Below are positions 11,201-20,002 of a stretch of 64,000 nt of DNA, in pieces. A model generated the notes under the pieces. That model worked only from the letters and a program-made list of their open reading frames with translations, did no database searches and was not told where the DNA came from. Positions within the stretch are counted from its first letter, which is position 1; every line of letters begins with the position of its first letter. The DNA comes from Chthoniobacteraceae bacterium (lineage in GTDB: Bacteria; Verrucomicrobiota; Verrucomicrobiia; Chthoniobacterales; Chthoniobacteraceae): NCBI GenBank assembly GCA_037190965.1, contig JBBCKI010000028.1, forward strand, positions 96,001 through 160,000, in the 5' to 3' direction. The translations under genes were made by a program, and so were the position numbers.

Positions 11201-14200
11201 TACGGGGCTGCCGGAAGCATTGCGCTATTGGCGGGGCGGGATTCGGTATTGCCCGCAGCGTTCGGATCTTCTTCCTTCCGGCTTGCAGGAGGCTCGCTCT
11301 TGCTGGATGCGACGCTTCTTGGCTATTCAGGCGCAAAGGGAGGATCGCTGGCGCTGCAAAGCAGTTTGATCGAAATCGGATCGGCCCCGACTATCGATGG
11401 AGCGCTGTTGCTGAAGGCGGATTTCTTCCGACAGGGCGGCTTCACCAGCTATGCCTTGACGGGCATCGGGGCGCCTTCCAGCGAAACCGCGGCAGCGGGC
11501 GAGCCTGATCCTTACCTCCCGGGAATCTATATTGCGCCCGGCACACATCTGAATCCGGTGGCGGTGGGGTTGATGGCATTTCCGCAGTTGGGTGCGGGGC
11601 AGAAACTTGACCTTGTCAGGATGCTACTACCCGAGGGCCAGCGGCAGGCTACGAGCATCAGCTTCGTGGCTACCGGCTTTGACAATAGCTTTACAACGGA
11701 TCTTCTGGAGATCCGGGGCGATATTGTCATGGGCGAAGACTCATCGCTAAGGCTTGATGCCGGAGCATCTGCTTCTTTCAATGGCCAGACGGTCACTTTG
11801 TTGGGAGACGTAAGCGCTCCCGGTGGCAAGATCACGGTTGCGGGGGCATCAAGCTTCCCTCTGGCGTCGGCCCTGGCTTCCAGCGCCACGTATGCGCGTT
11901 CAACGGTTTTCATTGGATCGAACGCCTCGCTGTACGCAGGCGGCGCCACTGTCCTGACCCCGGATGCCTATGGACGGCGGACGGGGATTGTTTATTCCGG
12001 CGGAAGCATTTCGGTCTCCGGGAACATTGTGGCGGCTGAAGGGGCGGTATTGGATGTTTCGGGTGTGTCGGGCAGCCTCGATGTGCCGCTTTGGATGCTT
12101 GGCCAGAGTGCCGAATACCCGGCCACAAGCGGGATCAACGCTCCGCTTTCCAGGCTCGCGACTCAGCGAACCCGCATTGACAGCAATGGTGGTTATATCG
12201 ACCTGAGCGGCTCGCAGATGCTTTTCTCCGATGCCACCTTGCTGGGTAACAGCGGTGGCAAGAGTGCGGCGGGCGGAGCCCTCTCGATCTTCTCGGGCCG
12301 CTTCTATCCATCGACCAGCGCCCGCACCAGCGCCGACATCAACCTCGTCGTGACTCAAAGCGGTTCGGTGATTCCCGGCAGCAATACGCAGCTTGGGGTC
12401 GGCATGGCGGTCCTGAATGACGCCTCGGTGCCCTATGGCGGCATGGGTTACTTCGCCGCCGATCGTTTTCTGGAAGGCGGGTTTGATTCGCTCGACCTCG
12501 GTGCCAAGTTCCTGGAATCCGCAAGTCCGATTCCGTATGGCGGTAACGTCCGATTCGAAGGTCCCGTTTCCATTGCCGCGCGCGGGCTTTTGCGCGTGGC
12601 CGGTGGCGGCGTGGTTGAAGCGACGGACTCGGTGCAGTTGGTCGCTCCGTATCTTGCCATTGGCCAGGCATTCCGTCAGCCGCAGAATCCGGGCGACACG
12701 GTGTTGCCGTTCCAGCAGACGTTATCGACAACGCCGGAGTACTATCTGGCGCCGACCCACGGGACGGGAACGCTTTCGCTTATCGGCCGCTCGATCGATG
12801 TCGGCACGGTTTCACTACAAAAGATCGGTGCCGCCAACCTGATTGCCCAGTCCGACATTCGCGGCAATGGAACGCTGAATATCGCAGGCGACCTTACCAT
12901 GCAGGCGGGACAGATCTATCCCAGCTCGCTGGCCACGTTCGACATCTTTGCCTATGACCACGCAGGGACAGCCGGATCGGTCACGATCCTGGCTGGTAAA
13001 GCTACCACTCCTCCTCTTTCTGCAGGAGGCAAGTTGGGTATCTATGCTTCCAACATTGTTCAGGGAGGCGTGCTCCGCGCGCCGATCGGGTCGATCGTGC
13101 TCGGGTGGGATGGCAGTGATCTGGATCCCTCCGATGCGGCTTTGACTTCGCCGACCAATCTGGTGGTGGGCGGGTTGCTTTCCGCACCGGTGACACAATC
13201 GGTGACTTTGGCGGAAGGCAGCGTGACGTCGGTCTCCGGGTTGCTCCCGTCGGGCGAGGGGATGATCATTCCCTTTGGTCTCTCGCCGGATGGCTCCTCA
13301 TGGATCGCCCCGGACGGCACCAATGTGACGCTCTCCGGGCTTCCTCAGAAGGAGGTCAAGATTGCCGGAGCCAACGTGGTGACGGAAGCGGGTTCGGTGA
13401 TCGATTTGCGGGGCGGCGGCGATCTGGCTGCCTACCGATGGGTCTCCGGGGTGGGCGGCAGCATCGATCTGCTGAGCAGTCCTTCCGGGGATTGGAGCGC
13501 CAGCAGCTCTTATAAGGCAGGTGATCTCGTTTATTACAAGGGCCAGACCTGGTCGGCGCGTGCCAGCAGCACCGGGGTAACACCGAACGTCAGCCTATAT
13601 TGGTCGCGGGTGGCAGAGTCGTACGCCATTCTGCCAGGCCTCAATAGCGAACTGGCTCCTTACGCCAGCTTTAATACCGGCGTGAATGCCGGATTGTTGA
13701 AGGGCAACCCCGGTTATGTCAGCAATCTTGCGTGGGGCTCTTCGATTTACCTGAACCGGAGTTCCGGCCTTGCCGCAGGTTCCTACACTCTGCTGCCCAA
13801 GCAGTATGCCATGTTACCGGGGGCCTATTTGGTGACGGCGGTGAGTTCCGGCATCACGACGGATTACACTATGCCTGAAGGCGCGAACGTGGTTTCCGGT
13901 TATCTCTTCAACCAGTTTAACAAGCCGTCAGAGAGTGGGTTGTTCAGTCGCTTCGAGGTGGCATCGAGAGAGGTGATTGCGCGACGGGCCGCTTACGCGG
14001 TTTACTCCGCCAACGGCTTTATTCCGGCGGCTGCGGAGGAGAATGGCCTGGATAATGTGCAGCGCCTCCCCATTGACGCAGGACATCTGGTATTTCAGGG
14101 GATCAACTCGCTCGAGCTCCAGAATAGCATCCTTACCGATACGCCAACCGGAGGCAGGGGGGCTTTGGCAGACTTGAGCAGCTCTTCGGCGATCTGGATT

Positions 14201-17200
14201 ACCGACGGTTCTTCAGCGCCCTCGGGCGTGGTGCTGGATTCCGCTCTGTTGAGTTCATGGGGCATCGAGAGTCTCTTGATTGGTGGCGTGCGCAACATCA
14301 GGGGAACGGATGTAACCGTGGATGTTCGCACCTCCTCGCTCACGCTCGATAACGCTGCCTCGCCGCTCCGTGGTTCCGATGTGATCCTCGTTTCGCGCGA
14401 TCAGTTAACGATGACGGAGGGAAGCTCTCTAGTCGCAACCGGGAACTCCATCCTTACCGACAGGCTTCATATCGCCGGGGATGGGACGTTGCTCCGGGTC
14501 AGCGCGGGCCCCAATGCGGGAATCCTTCGCACGGACTTGACCGGTTCCACCACGCCGTTGTTGACCATCGGAGCTGGCGCTTCGTTGGCCGGGGCTTCCG
14601 TGAATCTCGATTCGAGTTACGGAACCATGCTTGATTCCTCCGTGACGCTGAATGCCTCTTCATTGACGCTGGGGAGTGGCCAGATCAGCGTTGTTTTTGA
14701 CAGTTATGAAGATTCGTTGGCGGGGAGCGTGGTTCCGTCGCATCTCGTTCTCTCCGGTGATCTCCTCGACAATGTGCAGACGGTCGGTGCGCTGAAGATC
14801 AAGAGTTACAGCTCCGTCGATTTCTATGGGAGCGGCACCTTCGGAAATGCGGCGCTGGATCTCGAGTTCATCTCCTCCGGGATTCGTGGGTTTGGGCAAG
14901 GCACAGACAACGTCATCGTGCAGTCGCGCCAGACGACCTTCAGCAACGACTCAAAGATAGTCGCCCCAGCAACCCCTGGGATCGCCTCAGGAGGGTTTAC
15001 TTGGCTTGCGGAAACCATTCGTCTCGGGAGCAACACGTTCCAGATCGCCGGGTATGAGAACCTGACCCTGACGGCCTCGAAGGCCCTTATCGGCCAGGGC
15101 TCGGGCGGCTTTGTGGCCTTGGGAGACCTGACGATCAATACCCCGCTTATTACCGGAGCCAACGGTTCCGTGCAGGCAATCACCGCCACGGGGGCGTTGA
15201 ACCTCGAATCGACGGGTGGCGAATCGAAGGTGGAGCCCGGCCTCGGCGCAACGCTCTCGCTGACTGGCGCGAGCATCAATGCCAATACCAACGTCGTGCT
15301 CCCCAGCGGCATGCTGCATCTGCGGGCGACCTCCGGCGATCTGACGGTGGGCGGAAACCTGAGTGCTCAAGGGACTCAAAAGGTATTCTTCGATTTCACC
15401 CGCTATACGAATGCCGGGCAGATCACTCTCCAGGCCGACGCGGGAGACGTGCATACGCTGGCAGGCAGCACGATCAATGTGGCTGCCGCAGCGAATGGAG
15501 GCGATGCCGGGACCCTGAAAGTCTTGACGCCGGAGGGGCACTTTGTCGTGGACGGTACTTTGCTGGCGCAGGCGGGCAAGGACGGTACGGCGGGTCGCTT
15601 CATTCTCGACACCGAGAGCCTCCCTTCCTACGACACGCTTAATAGCATTCTCGAATCGGGCGACTTCCTCGCTTCCCGCAAGATTCGCGTCCGCACGGGG
15701 GATGTTCTCATCGACGGGGTAACCCGGTCGCACGAGTTCCTGCTCGCGGCGGACTCGGGCAGCATTACCGTGACGGGTGAGATCGATGCCTCCGGCAAAA
15801 CCGGTGGCGATATTACGCTGGCGGCGCACAAAAACCTCGTTCTGGGCTCGGGCGCGTTCCTGAATGCCCACGCGGAAAAGTTCAGCGCGTCCGGCGCTGG
15901 CGGCTCGATCACGCTGGAGGCAGGCACGACCTACAATGGCGTCGCTGATGGATCGGCCATTCTGGATATTTCCAACACCGGCACGGTGATCGACCTCGGT
16001 GTCGACGAGTCTATTGCGGGAAGTTACACCACCCCCGGCTCCAGCGCATTCAATGGCCGGTTCGAAGGGATACTGCACTTGCGCGCGCCCCGGACGGCCG
16101 GGAACAACGATCTGAGGATTTCCGCAATTGGCGCAACGATCAACGGAGCCTCCGGGATCCTTGCGGAAGGCTTCGAGGTCTATAATCTGACCAGCACCGG
16201 CGGCGTGATTACCGGCTGGCGCTCCTCTTTCACCGCATTGCCGTCGGCAAGCACGGTCCAGAAAGCCGTTTACGACAGCGCCAATTCCTTCCTCGGGACG
16301 AGCAACTACAATACGATGATGAGCCGCCTGCTCGGTTCAGATTCGCAGGGACTCTCCGACCGGCTGGTGCTCGCACCCGGTGTCGAAATTATCAATCTTA
16401 CCGGAGACTTGACGTTGGGTTCCAGCAGCTCGACCTCCACCGCGCTGGGAAGCGCGTCTCAGACATCGGCGGATTGGAATCTTGCGGACTTCCGCTTTGG
16501 CCCGAAACAGGCCGCAGGGGTGTTGACGCTGCGCGCCGCCGGAAACCTCAATTTCTACAACGCCTTGAGCGATGGATTTGCGGGGACTCTCCCGACGGGG
16601 ACGGTGGCGGGGCAGTCGCTCTGGTTAAGCCCTCTCAAAACGGCAGTGGGTACTCTTCCGCTGCCTCTCCAGTCGTGGTCTTACCGATTGGCGGCGGGCT
16701 CCGATCTGGCATCGGCTGATTTCAACCAGGTCAAACCGCTGGAAGAGATGGCCGAGGGTAAAGGCTCCGTCATCGTCGGAAAATACTACGCAGCCTCGCT
16801 GGTCTCCGGTTCCGCTGCGACGACGGGCACGGCCATCACCAATCGCTACCAGGTCATCCGGACCGGCGCGGGCAGCATCGATATTGCCGCCGCGCGGGAT
16901 GTCCAGTTGCGGAACCAGTTTGCCACAATCTATACGGCAGGTGTGGCCCTCCCGACACCCACGTCGATCTTCTCCATGGATGACTTCGTGATCCCCTCCG
17001 TGTCGCAGACATCCGCGCAGCACCCGGATCAAGGCTCATACCTCGGGGCCGCGCAGCAGATCTTCAGGCCCCAATGGTCGCTGGCCGGTGGCGATGTCAA
17101 CATCCGCGCGCAGCATAATGTTGGACGCTATACCCTTTACAACGGGGTTGAGATCGTCGACTCGTCGCGCCAGATCCCTACCAACTGGCTCTATCGCCGT

Positions 17201-19930
17201 GGGTATGTCGATCCGACCACCGGTCTCTTCGGAGTTGCCGGGGTTGATGGCGGGCTTGGCAGAAACGTGACGGATTCAACGGCTTCGACCACCTGGTGGA
17301 TCGACTTCAGCAACTTCTTCCAGGGAGTCGGCGCACTGGGCGGGGGGAACGTGACGATGGTTGCGGGGAATGACATCGTGAATGTTGACGCGGCGATCCC
17401 GACAAACGCCCGTATGTCCGGTCGCGTCGCCAATGGCAGCGGTGGGTATGATAATATCGCGCCGAATGCCAATAATCTGGTGGAACTTGGGGGTGGCAAT
17501 CTGCAGGTCCGTGCCGGTCATAATATTGACGGCGGCATCTACTATGTAGAGAGGGGCCAGGGCAAACTCTTTGCCGGAGGTTCGATTACCACCAATGCAA
17601 GCCGCTCCCCGTCGATGGGGATTCTCGGGTCGAATTTCTTCCCGGATTCCACCGTCCAGAGTAACACTCCATCGGTTTACGATCCTTTGACATGGATGCC
17701 GACGACCTTGTTCCTTGGGAAGAGTTCCTTTGAGGTCAACGCGCTGGGCTCGGTGTTGATCGGCCCTGCCTCCAACGTCTTCCTCCTGCCGCAAGGGGTT
17801 AACAACAAGTTCTGGTACAAGACCTACTTCAGCACCTATTCATCGGATGCTTCCGTATCGGTGGCTTCCTATGGAAGCAGTGTGACCCATCGCCTGGCGG
17901 TGACGTTGCCAGGCGAAAGCTCCCCGCGCTCGATGCTGGATGCATGGATCATGAATGAGAACCTTTTCGCAGGTTCCTCGCAGCGTGCCTCCTATAACCA
18001 GCCCTGGATTCGACTTGCGGAGGCCGATACGGTCTACTTCCAGACTCTCTTCAAGGTGAACGCGCCAACCCTCGAAAGCACGGCATTCGGCGGTGATGTA
18101 AATATGGTCGGCAACCTGACGCTCTTCCCGTCGCCAAGGGGTTCGCTGGAGATCGCCGCAGCGGGCGCCATCAACGGGTTGAATCCTTCGGGCAAATCCA
18201 TGCTCTCCTCCAAGGCAACTACAGTCTGGACGGGAGCCACGATCAATCTTTCCGATGCTGATCCTTTAATGGTGCCGGGGGTGACTTCGCCGTTGGCATA
18301 CTTCACCTTCTCGGGTCGGACGCTGTTGAGCTCGCGCGATAGTCGCACTAATCCATTCACATCCCTCGATGCGATGTTCGGGGAGACGGGTTCCTACGCA
18401 GACGAAGCGGGCACGCCTGCCTTCCAGAAGATGCGCCATGCCCCCGGCATCCTGCACCTCGCGGATCTCAAGCCGGTGCGGCTCTATGCCGCCGATGGGG
18501 ATATCAGCGGTCTCGGTCTCTTTTCGCCGAAAGAGACGCGGATTCTGGCAGGGCACAACATTGCCGATATCAGCTTCTATATTCAGAATACGAAGGAATC
18601 CGATATCTCGATCGTTGCGGCCGGGCGGGATATCACTGCCTATAACGAAAACAGCTTGATTCGTTCGGTGGCCGATAACTTCCAGCTCGGGAACTATATT
18701 GGCGACTTGGAGCGGACCACCGTATCCGGCGGCAAGACGAAGGTCTTCTCCGGCGACATTCAGATCAGCGGTCCCGGCACTTTGCAAGTCTTGGCAGGGC
18801 GCAACCTTGACCTCGGGACTGGGCCGAACCTTGCGGACGGCACTGGCGTCGGGATTACCAGCATCGGCAACTTCCGGAATCCTTCACTGCCGTTCGGTGG
18901 GGCAGATCTGATACTCGGTGCCGGGGTCGGCTTTGCCAACGGGCTCTCCGGAGGAAAGATGGACTTTGCGGGGTTCATTGATCAGTTCATCCTCTCTCCC
19001 GCCCCGACAAGCCCGGATTACCTGGCGCAGATGGGCTACACCGAGGAAGAGTTCCTTGCCATGTCCAGCCAAGAGCAGGCCGTGCTTGCCTTGGAGGTTT
19101 TCTATCGGGTGCTCCGGGATTCCGGGCGTGCGCTAACAACCGGGCTGGGCATTCCTTACATGAGCGGCGCGGAGGCCATTGCCACGCTCTTCCCGGGTGA
19201 CGAGGGATGGGGCGGCGGCCTGAATACCCGTGCGCGTGATGTTCGCACCAGCACCGGCGGTTCCATAGCGATTCTTGCTCACGACGGCGTCAGCATGGCT
19301 TCCGATATCTTTGGCAACCCGTTGACGCCACCGGGCATCGTGACGGAATACGGCGGCGGGATCTCCATCTTCACCGGTGGCGATGTCAATATCGGTCGCG
19401 CCCGGATCTTCACCCTCCGAGGAGGCGACATCATGATCTGGTCCTCCAATGGCAACATCGCCGCGGGCACCTCGCCCAAGACGGTGGTCACCGCCCCGCC
19501 GACGCGCGTCGTCTTCGATATTAACAGCGCGGATGTGGCGACCGACCTCGGCGGGTTGGCGACAGGAGGCGGGATCGGCGTTCTGGCGGCGGTCACCGGA
19601 GTCGTGGCAGGCGATGTCGATCTGATTGCTCCCAGTGGCTATGTGGACGCCGGTGACGCCGGGATCCGCTCCACCGGGAACCTAAGTATCGCCGCATCGG
19701 CCGTGTTGAATGCCGGAAACATCCAGGCCGGCGGCGGCTCCACCGGGGTTCCTTCCGCACCGACGGCTCCCGCTCCGAATATCTCGGGGATGACAACGGC
19801 TTCCACCGCGACGACCGCCGCAAGCAGTACCGCCCAAACCTATGCCCAGCAAAAGCCTCAGACAACCACCACGGAAGAGGAGGAAGAGGCCTCGCTCTTC
19901 AATGTCGAGGTGATTGGTTATGGAGGATAA
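8204..19930 (+). CDS. giant TpsA / filamentous haemagglutinin-family exoprotein (3908 aa) with DUF3739-like C-terminus
   Basis: Signal peptide; TPS domain (ALLNWSSFNIG...VYVLNQNGIIFG); Gly-rich beta-helix repeats (IDVSG, GG.I.L.A); C-terminal GGDIMIWSSNGNIAAG...DLIAPSGYVDAGDAGIR...VEVIGYGG. Confidence 0.9.
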   Translation: MVWKSKSALRRKLEPLQPVLSVVICFSLTVTSTPVLLAGDLLRGGAAAGQPGSGSVGGAANAANAAAATRMRANSNDALSRTTQALQSVKAMQAAARAAASGRNNLGADPNHPGLQLPNVPDGLLEGGLVPDSGLSAPGTANPVTSWVNAQTPVQTVSGNKVTVTIKQTAQQALLNWSSFNIGSKTKLKFDQSAGGADQSKWIAFNKIVDPTGVPSQILGAIEAPGQVYVLNQNGIIFGGASQVNTHVLAASSLPINTNLFAQGLLNNPDAQFLFSALAMPGGADGTPAFTPEAAFTESGIPGDVIVQKGAQLTSPLSPDGKGGRVMLVGPNVINEGTISTPSGQTILAAGLQVGVAAHASTDPSLRGLDIWVGAVGEGTGTVTNTGLISSLTGSITMVGRQLNQLGALESSTSVDLNGRIDLLASYGAISNPNYDNSGSLGGGAPIFFNQYTGVVTLGEKSVIQILPSADGATAPGLTLPEASRVNIEGRVVHFEKGSMLYAPSGKVDIRAGVWPFSDVDGDGTILNASGEVDSSFLSYYSGGKQRFLFSEGQIYVEPSALISVAGTTDVFVPLAQNILTVELRGSELADSPLQRMGSLAAILLTLDLRKTGDYNGRYWMGTPLGDATGFAALVERTAQQMSAAGGSLSMQAGESIVVRDGAKLDVSGGYYRNEGGLIKTTRLVQGSNIVDIASADPGQIYDGIYNPGFVVSSAKWGVTKQYASPLANQGHYEAEHLSGASGGTLKLVAPGMAIEGELLGTTLQGERERSVTQTLGSLSIAFRAEKIFSAALGEISFLPFSPTPPTVTFLSASNLAPADDFSLVDDEAAPLRGDLRANVVLSTDLLSRGGFGNLAVENVDGDIIVPVGSILQTAARGSISLSGANIHVAGSLIAPGGALSFTTYNISPTAALDFGLLNPSGALYPDTNPDRGLFTLAKGAKLSTAGLVVDERTEKGMQQLLAIQGGSIAVNSYHATLDAGSLVDVSGGARVSTRGAVSYGAAGSIALLAGRDSVLPAAFGSSSFRLAGGSLLLDATLLGYSGAKGGSLALQSSLIEIGSAPTIDGALLLKADFFRQGGFTSYALTGIGAPSSETAAAGEPDPYLPGIYIAPGTHLNPVAVGLMAFPQLGAGQKLDLVRMLLPEGQRQATSISFVATGFDNSFTTDLLEIRGDIVMGEDSSLRLDAGASASFNGQTVTLLGDVSAPGGKITVAGASSFPLASALASSATYARSTVFIGSNASLYAGGATVLTPDAYGRRTGIVYSGGSISVSGNIVAAEGAVLDVSGVSGSLDVPLWMLGQSAEYPATSGINAPLSRLATQRTRIDSNGGYIDLSGSQMLFSDATLLGNSGGKSAAGGALSIFSGRFYPSTSARTSADINLVVTQSGSVIPGSNTQLGVGMAVLNDASVPYGGMGYFAADRFLEGGFDSLDLGAKFLESASPIPYGGNVRFEGPVSIAARGLLRVAGGGVVEATDSVQLVAPYLAIGQAFRQPQNPGDTVLPFQQTLSTTPEYYLAPTHGTGTLSLIGRSIDVGTVSLQKIGAANLIAQSDIRGNGTLNIAGDLTMQAGQIYPSSLATFDIFAYDHAGTAGSVTILAGKATTPPLSAGGKLGIYASNIVQGGVLRAPIGSIVLGWDGSDLDPSDAALTSPTNLVVGGLLSAPVTQSVTLAEGSVTSVSGLLPSGEGMIIPFGLSPDGSSWIAPDGTNVTLSGLPQKEVKIAGANVVTEAGSVIDLRGGGDLAAYRWVSGVGGSIDLLSSPSGDWSASSSYKAGDLVYYKGQTWSARASSTGVTPNVSLYWSRVAESYAILPGLNSELAPYASFNTGVNAGLLKGNPGYVSNLAWGSSIYLNRSSGLAAGSYTLLPKQYAMLPGAYLVTAVSSGITTDYTMPEGANVVSGYLFNQFNKPSESGLFSRFEVASREVIARRAAYAVYSANGFIPAAAEENGLDNVQRLPIDAGHLVFQGINSLELQNSILTDTPTGGRGALADLSSSSAIWITDGSSAPSGVVLDSALLSSWGIESLLIGGVRNIRGTDVTVDVRTSSLTLDNAASPLRGSDVILVSRDQLTMTEGSSLVATGNSILTDRLHIAGDGTLLRVSAGPNAGILRTDLTGSTTPLLTIGAGASLAGASVNLDSSYGTMLDSSVTLNASSLTLGSGQISVVFDSYEDSLAGSVVPSHLVLSGDLLDNVQTVGALKIKSYSSVDFYGSGTFGNAALDLEFISSGIRGFGQGTDNVIVQSRQTTFSNDSKIVAPATPGIASGGFTWLAETIRLGSNTFQIAGYENLTLTASKALIGQGSGGFVALGDLTINTPLITGANGSVQAITATGALNLESTGGESKVEPGLGATLSLTGASINANTNVVLPSGMLHLRATSGDLTVGGNLSAQGTQKVFFDFTRYTNAGQITLQADAGDVHTLAGSTINVAAAANGGDAGTLKVLTPEGHFVVDGTLLAQAGKDGTAGRFILDTESLPSYDTLNSILESGDFLASRKIRVRTGDVLIDGVTRSHEFLLAADSGSITVTGEIDASGKTGGDITLAAHKNLVLGSGAFLNAHAEKFSASGAGGSITLEAGTTYNGVADGSAILDISNTGTVIDLGVDESIAGSYTTPGSSAFNGRFEGILHLRAPRTAGNNDLRISAIGATINGASGILAEGFEVYNLTSTGGVITGWRSSFTALPSASTVQKAVYDSANSFLGTSNYNTMMSRLLGSDSQGLSDRLVLAPGVEIINLTGDLTLGSSSSTSTALGSASQTSADWNLADFRFGPKQAAGVLTLRAAGNLNFYNALSDGFAGTLPTGTVAGQSLWLSPLKTAVGTLPLPLQSWSYRLAAGSDLASADFNQVKPLEEMAEGKGSVIVGKYYAASLVSGSAATTGTAITNRYQVIRTGAGSIDIAAARDVQLRNQFATIYTAGVALPTPTSIFSMDDFVIPSVSQTSAQHPDQGSYLGAAQQIFRPQWSLAGGDVNIRAQHNVGRYTLYNGVEIVDSSRQIPTNWLYRRGYVDPTTGLFGVAGVDGGLGRNVTDSTASTTWWIDFSNFFQGVGALGGGNVTMVAGNDIVNVDAAIPTNARMSGRVANGSGGYDNIAPNANNLVELGGGNLQVRAGHNIDGGIYYVERGQGKLFAGGSITTNASRSPSMGILGSNFFPDSTVQSNTPSVYDPLTWMPTTLFLGKSSFEVNALGSVLIGPASNVFLLPQGVNNKFWYKTYFSTYSSDASVSVASYGSSVTHRLAVTLPGESSPRSMLDAWIMNENLFAGSSQRASYNQPWIRLAEADTVYFQTLFKVNAPTLESTAFGGDVNMVGNLTLFPSPRGSLEIAAAGAINGLNPSGKSMLSSKATTVWTGATINLSDADPLMVPGVTSPLAYFTFSGRTLLSSRDSRTNPFTSLDAMFGETGSYADEAGTPAFQKMRHAPGILHLADLKPVRLYAADGDISGLGLFSPKETRILAGHNIADISFYIQNTKESDISIVAAGRDITAYNENSLIRSVADNFQLGNYIGDLERTTVSGGKTKVFSGDIQISGPGTLQVLAGRNLDLGTGPNLADGTGVGITSIGNFRNPSLPFGGADLILGAGVGFANGLSGGKMDFAGFIDQFILSPAPTSPDYLAQMGYTEEEFLAMSSQEQAVLALEVFYRVLRDSGRALTTGLGIPYMSGAEAIATLFPGDEGWGGGLNTRARDVRTSTGGSIAILAHDGVSMASDIFGNPLTPPGIVTEYGGGISIFTGGDVNIGRARIFTLRGGDIMIWSSNGNIAAGTSPKTVVTAPPTRVVFDINSADVATDLGGLATGGGIGVLAAVTGVVAGDVDLIAPSGYVDAGDAGIRSTGNLSIAASAVLNAGNIQAGGGSTGVPSAPTAPAPNISGMTTASTATTAASSTAQTYAQQKPQTTTTEEEEEASLFNVEVIGYGG

Positions 19931-20002
19931 AGAGGCTTGAAATTATCTTAAACAACGCGGCGAAGGTTGCATTGAGAGGCCAGTCCAATTAATGATTGCG
20001 CG

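Noticed and set aside
188..19865. Many 60-380 aa antisense or alternative-frame ORFs inside the TPS operon (and similar ones across the window)
   Set aside because: Nested in well-supported genes, with composition typical of GC-rich shadow frames
8204..19930. TpsA as a CdiA contact-dependent toxin
   Set aside because: No VENN-type delimiter or toxin tip seen, and no small immunity gene follows; the C-terminus is DUF3739-like
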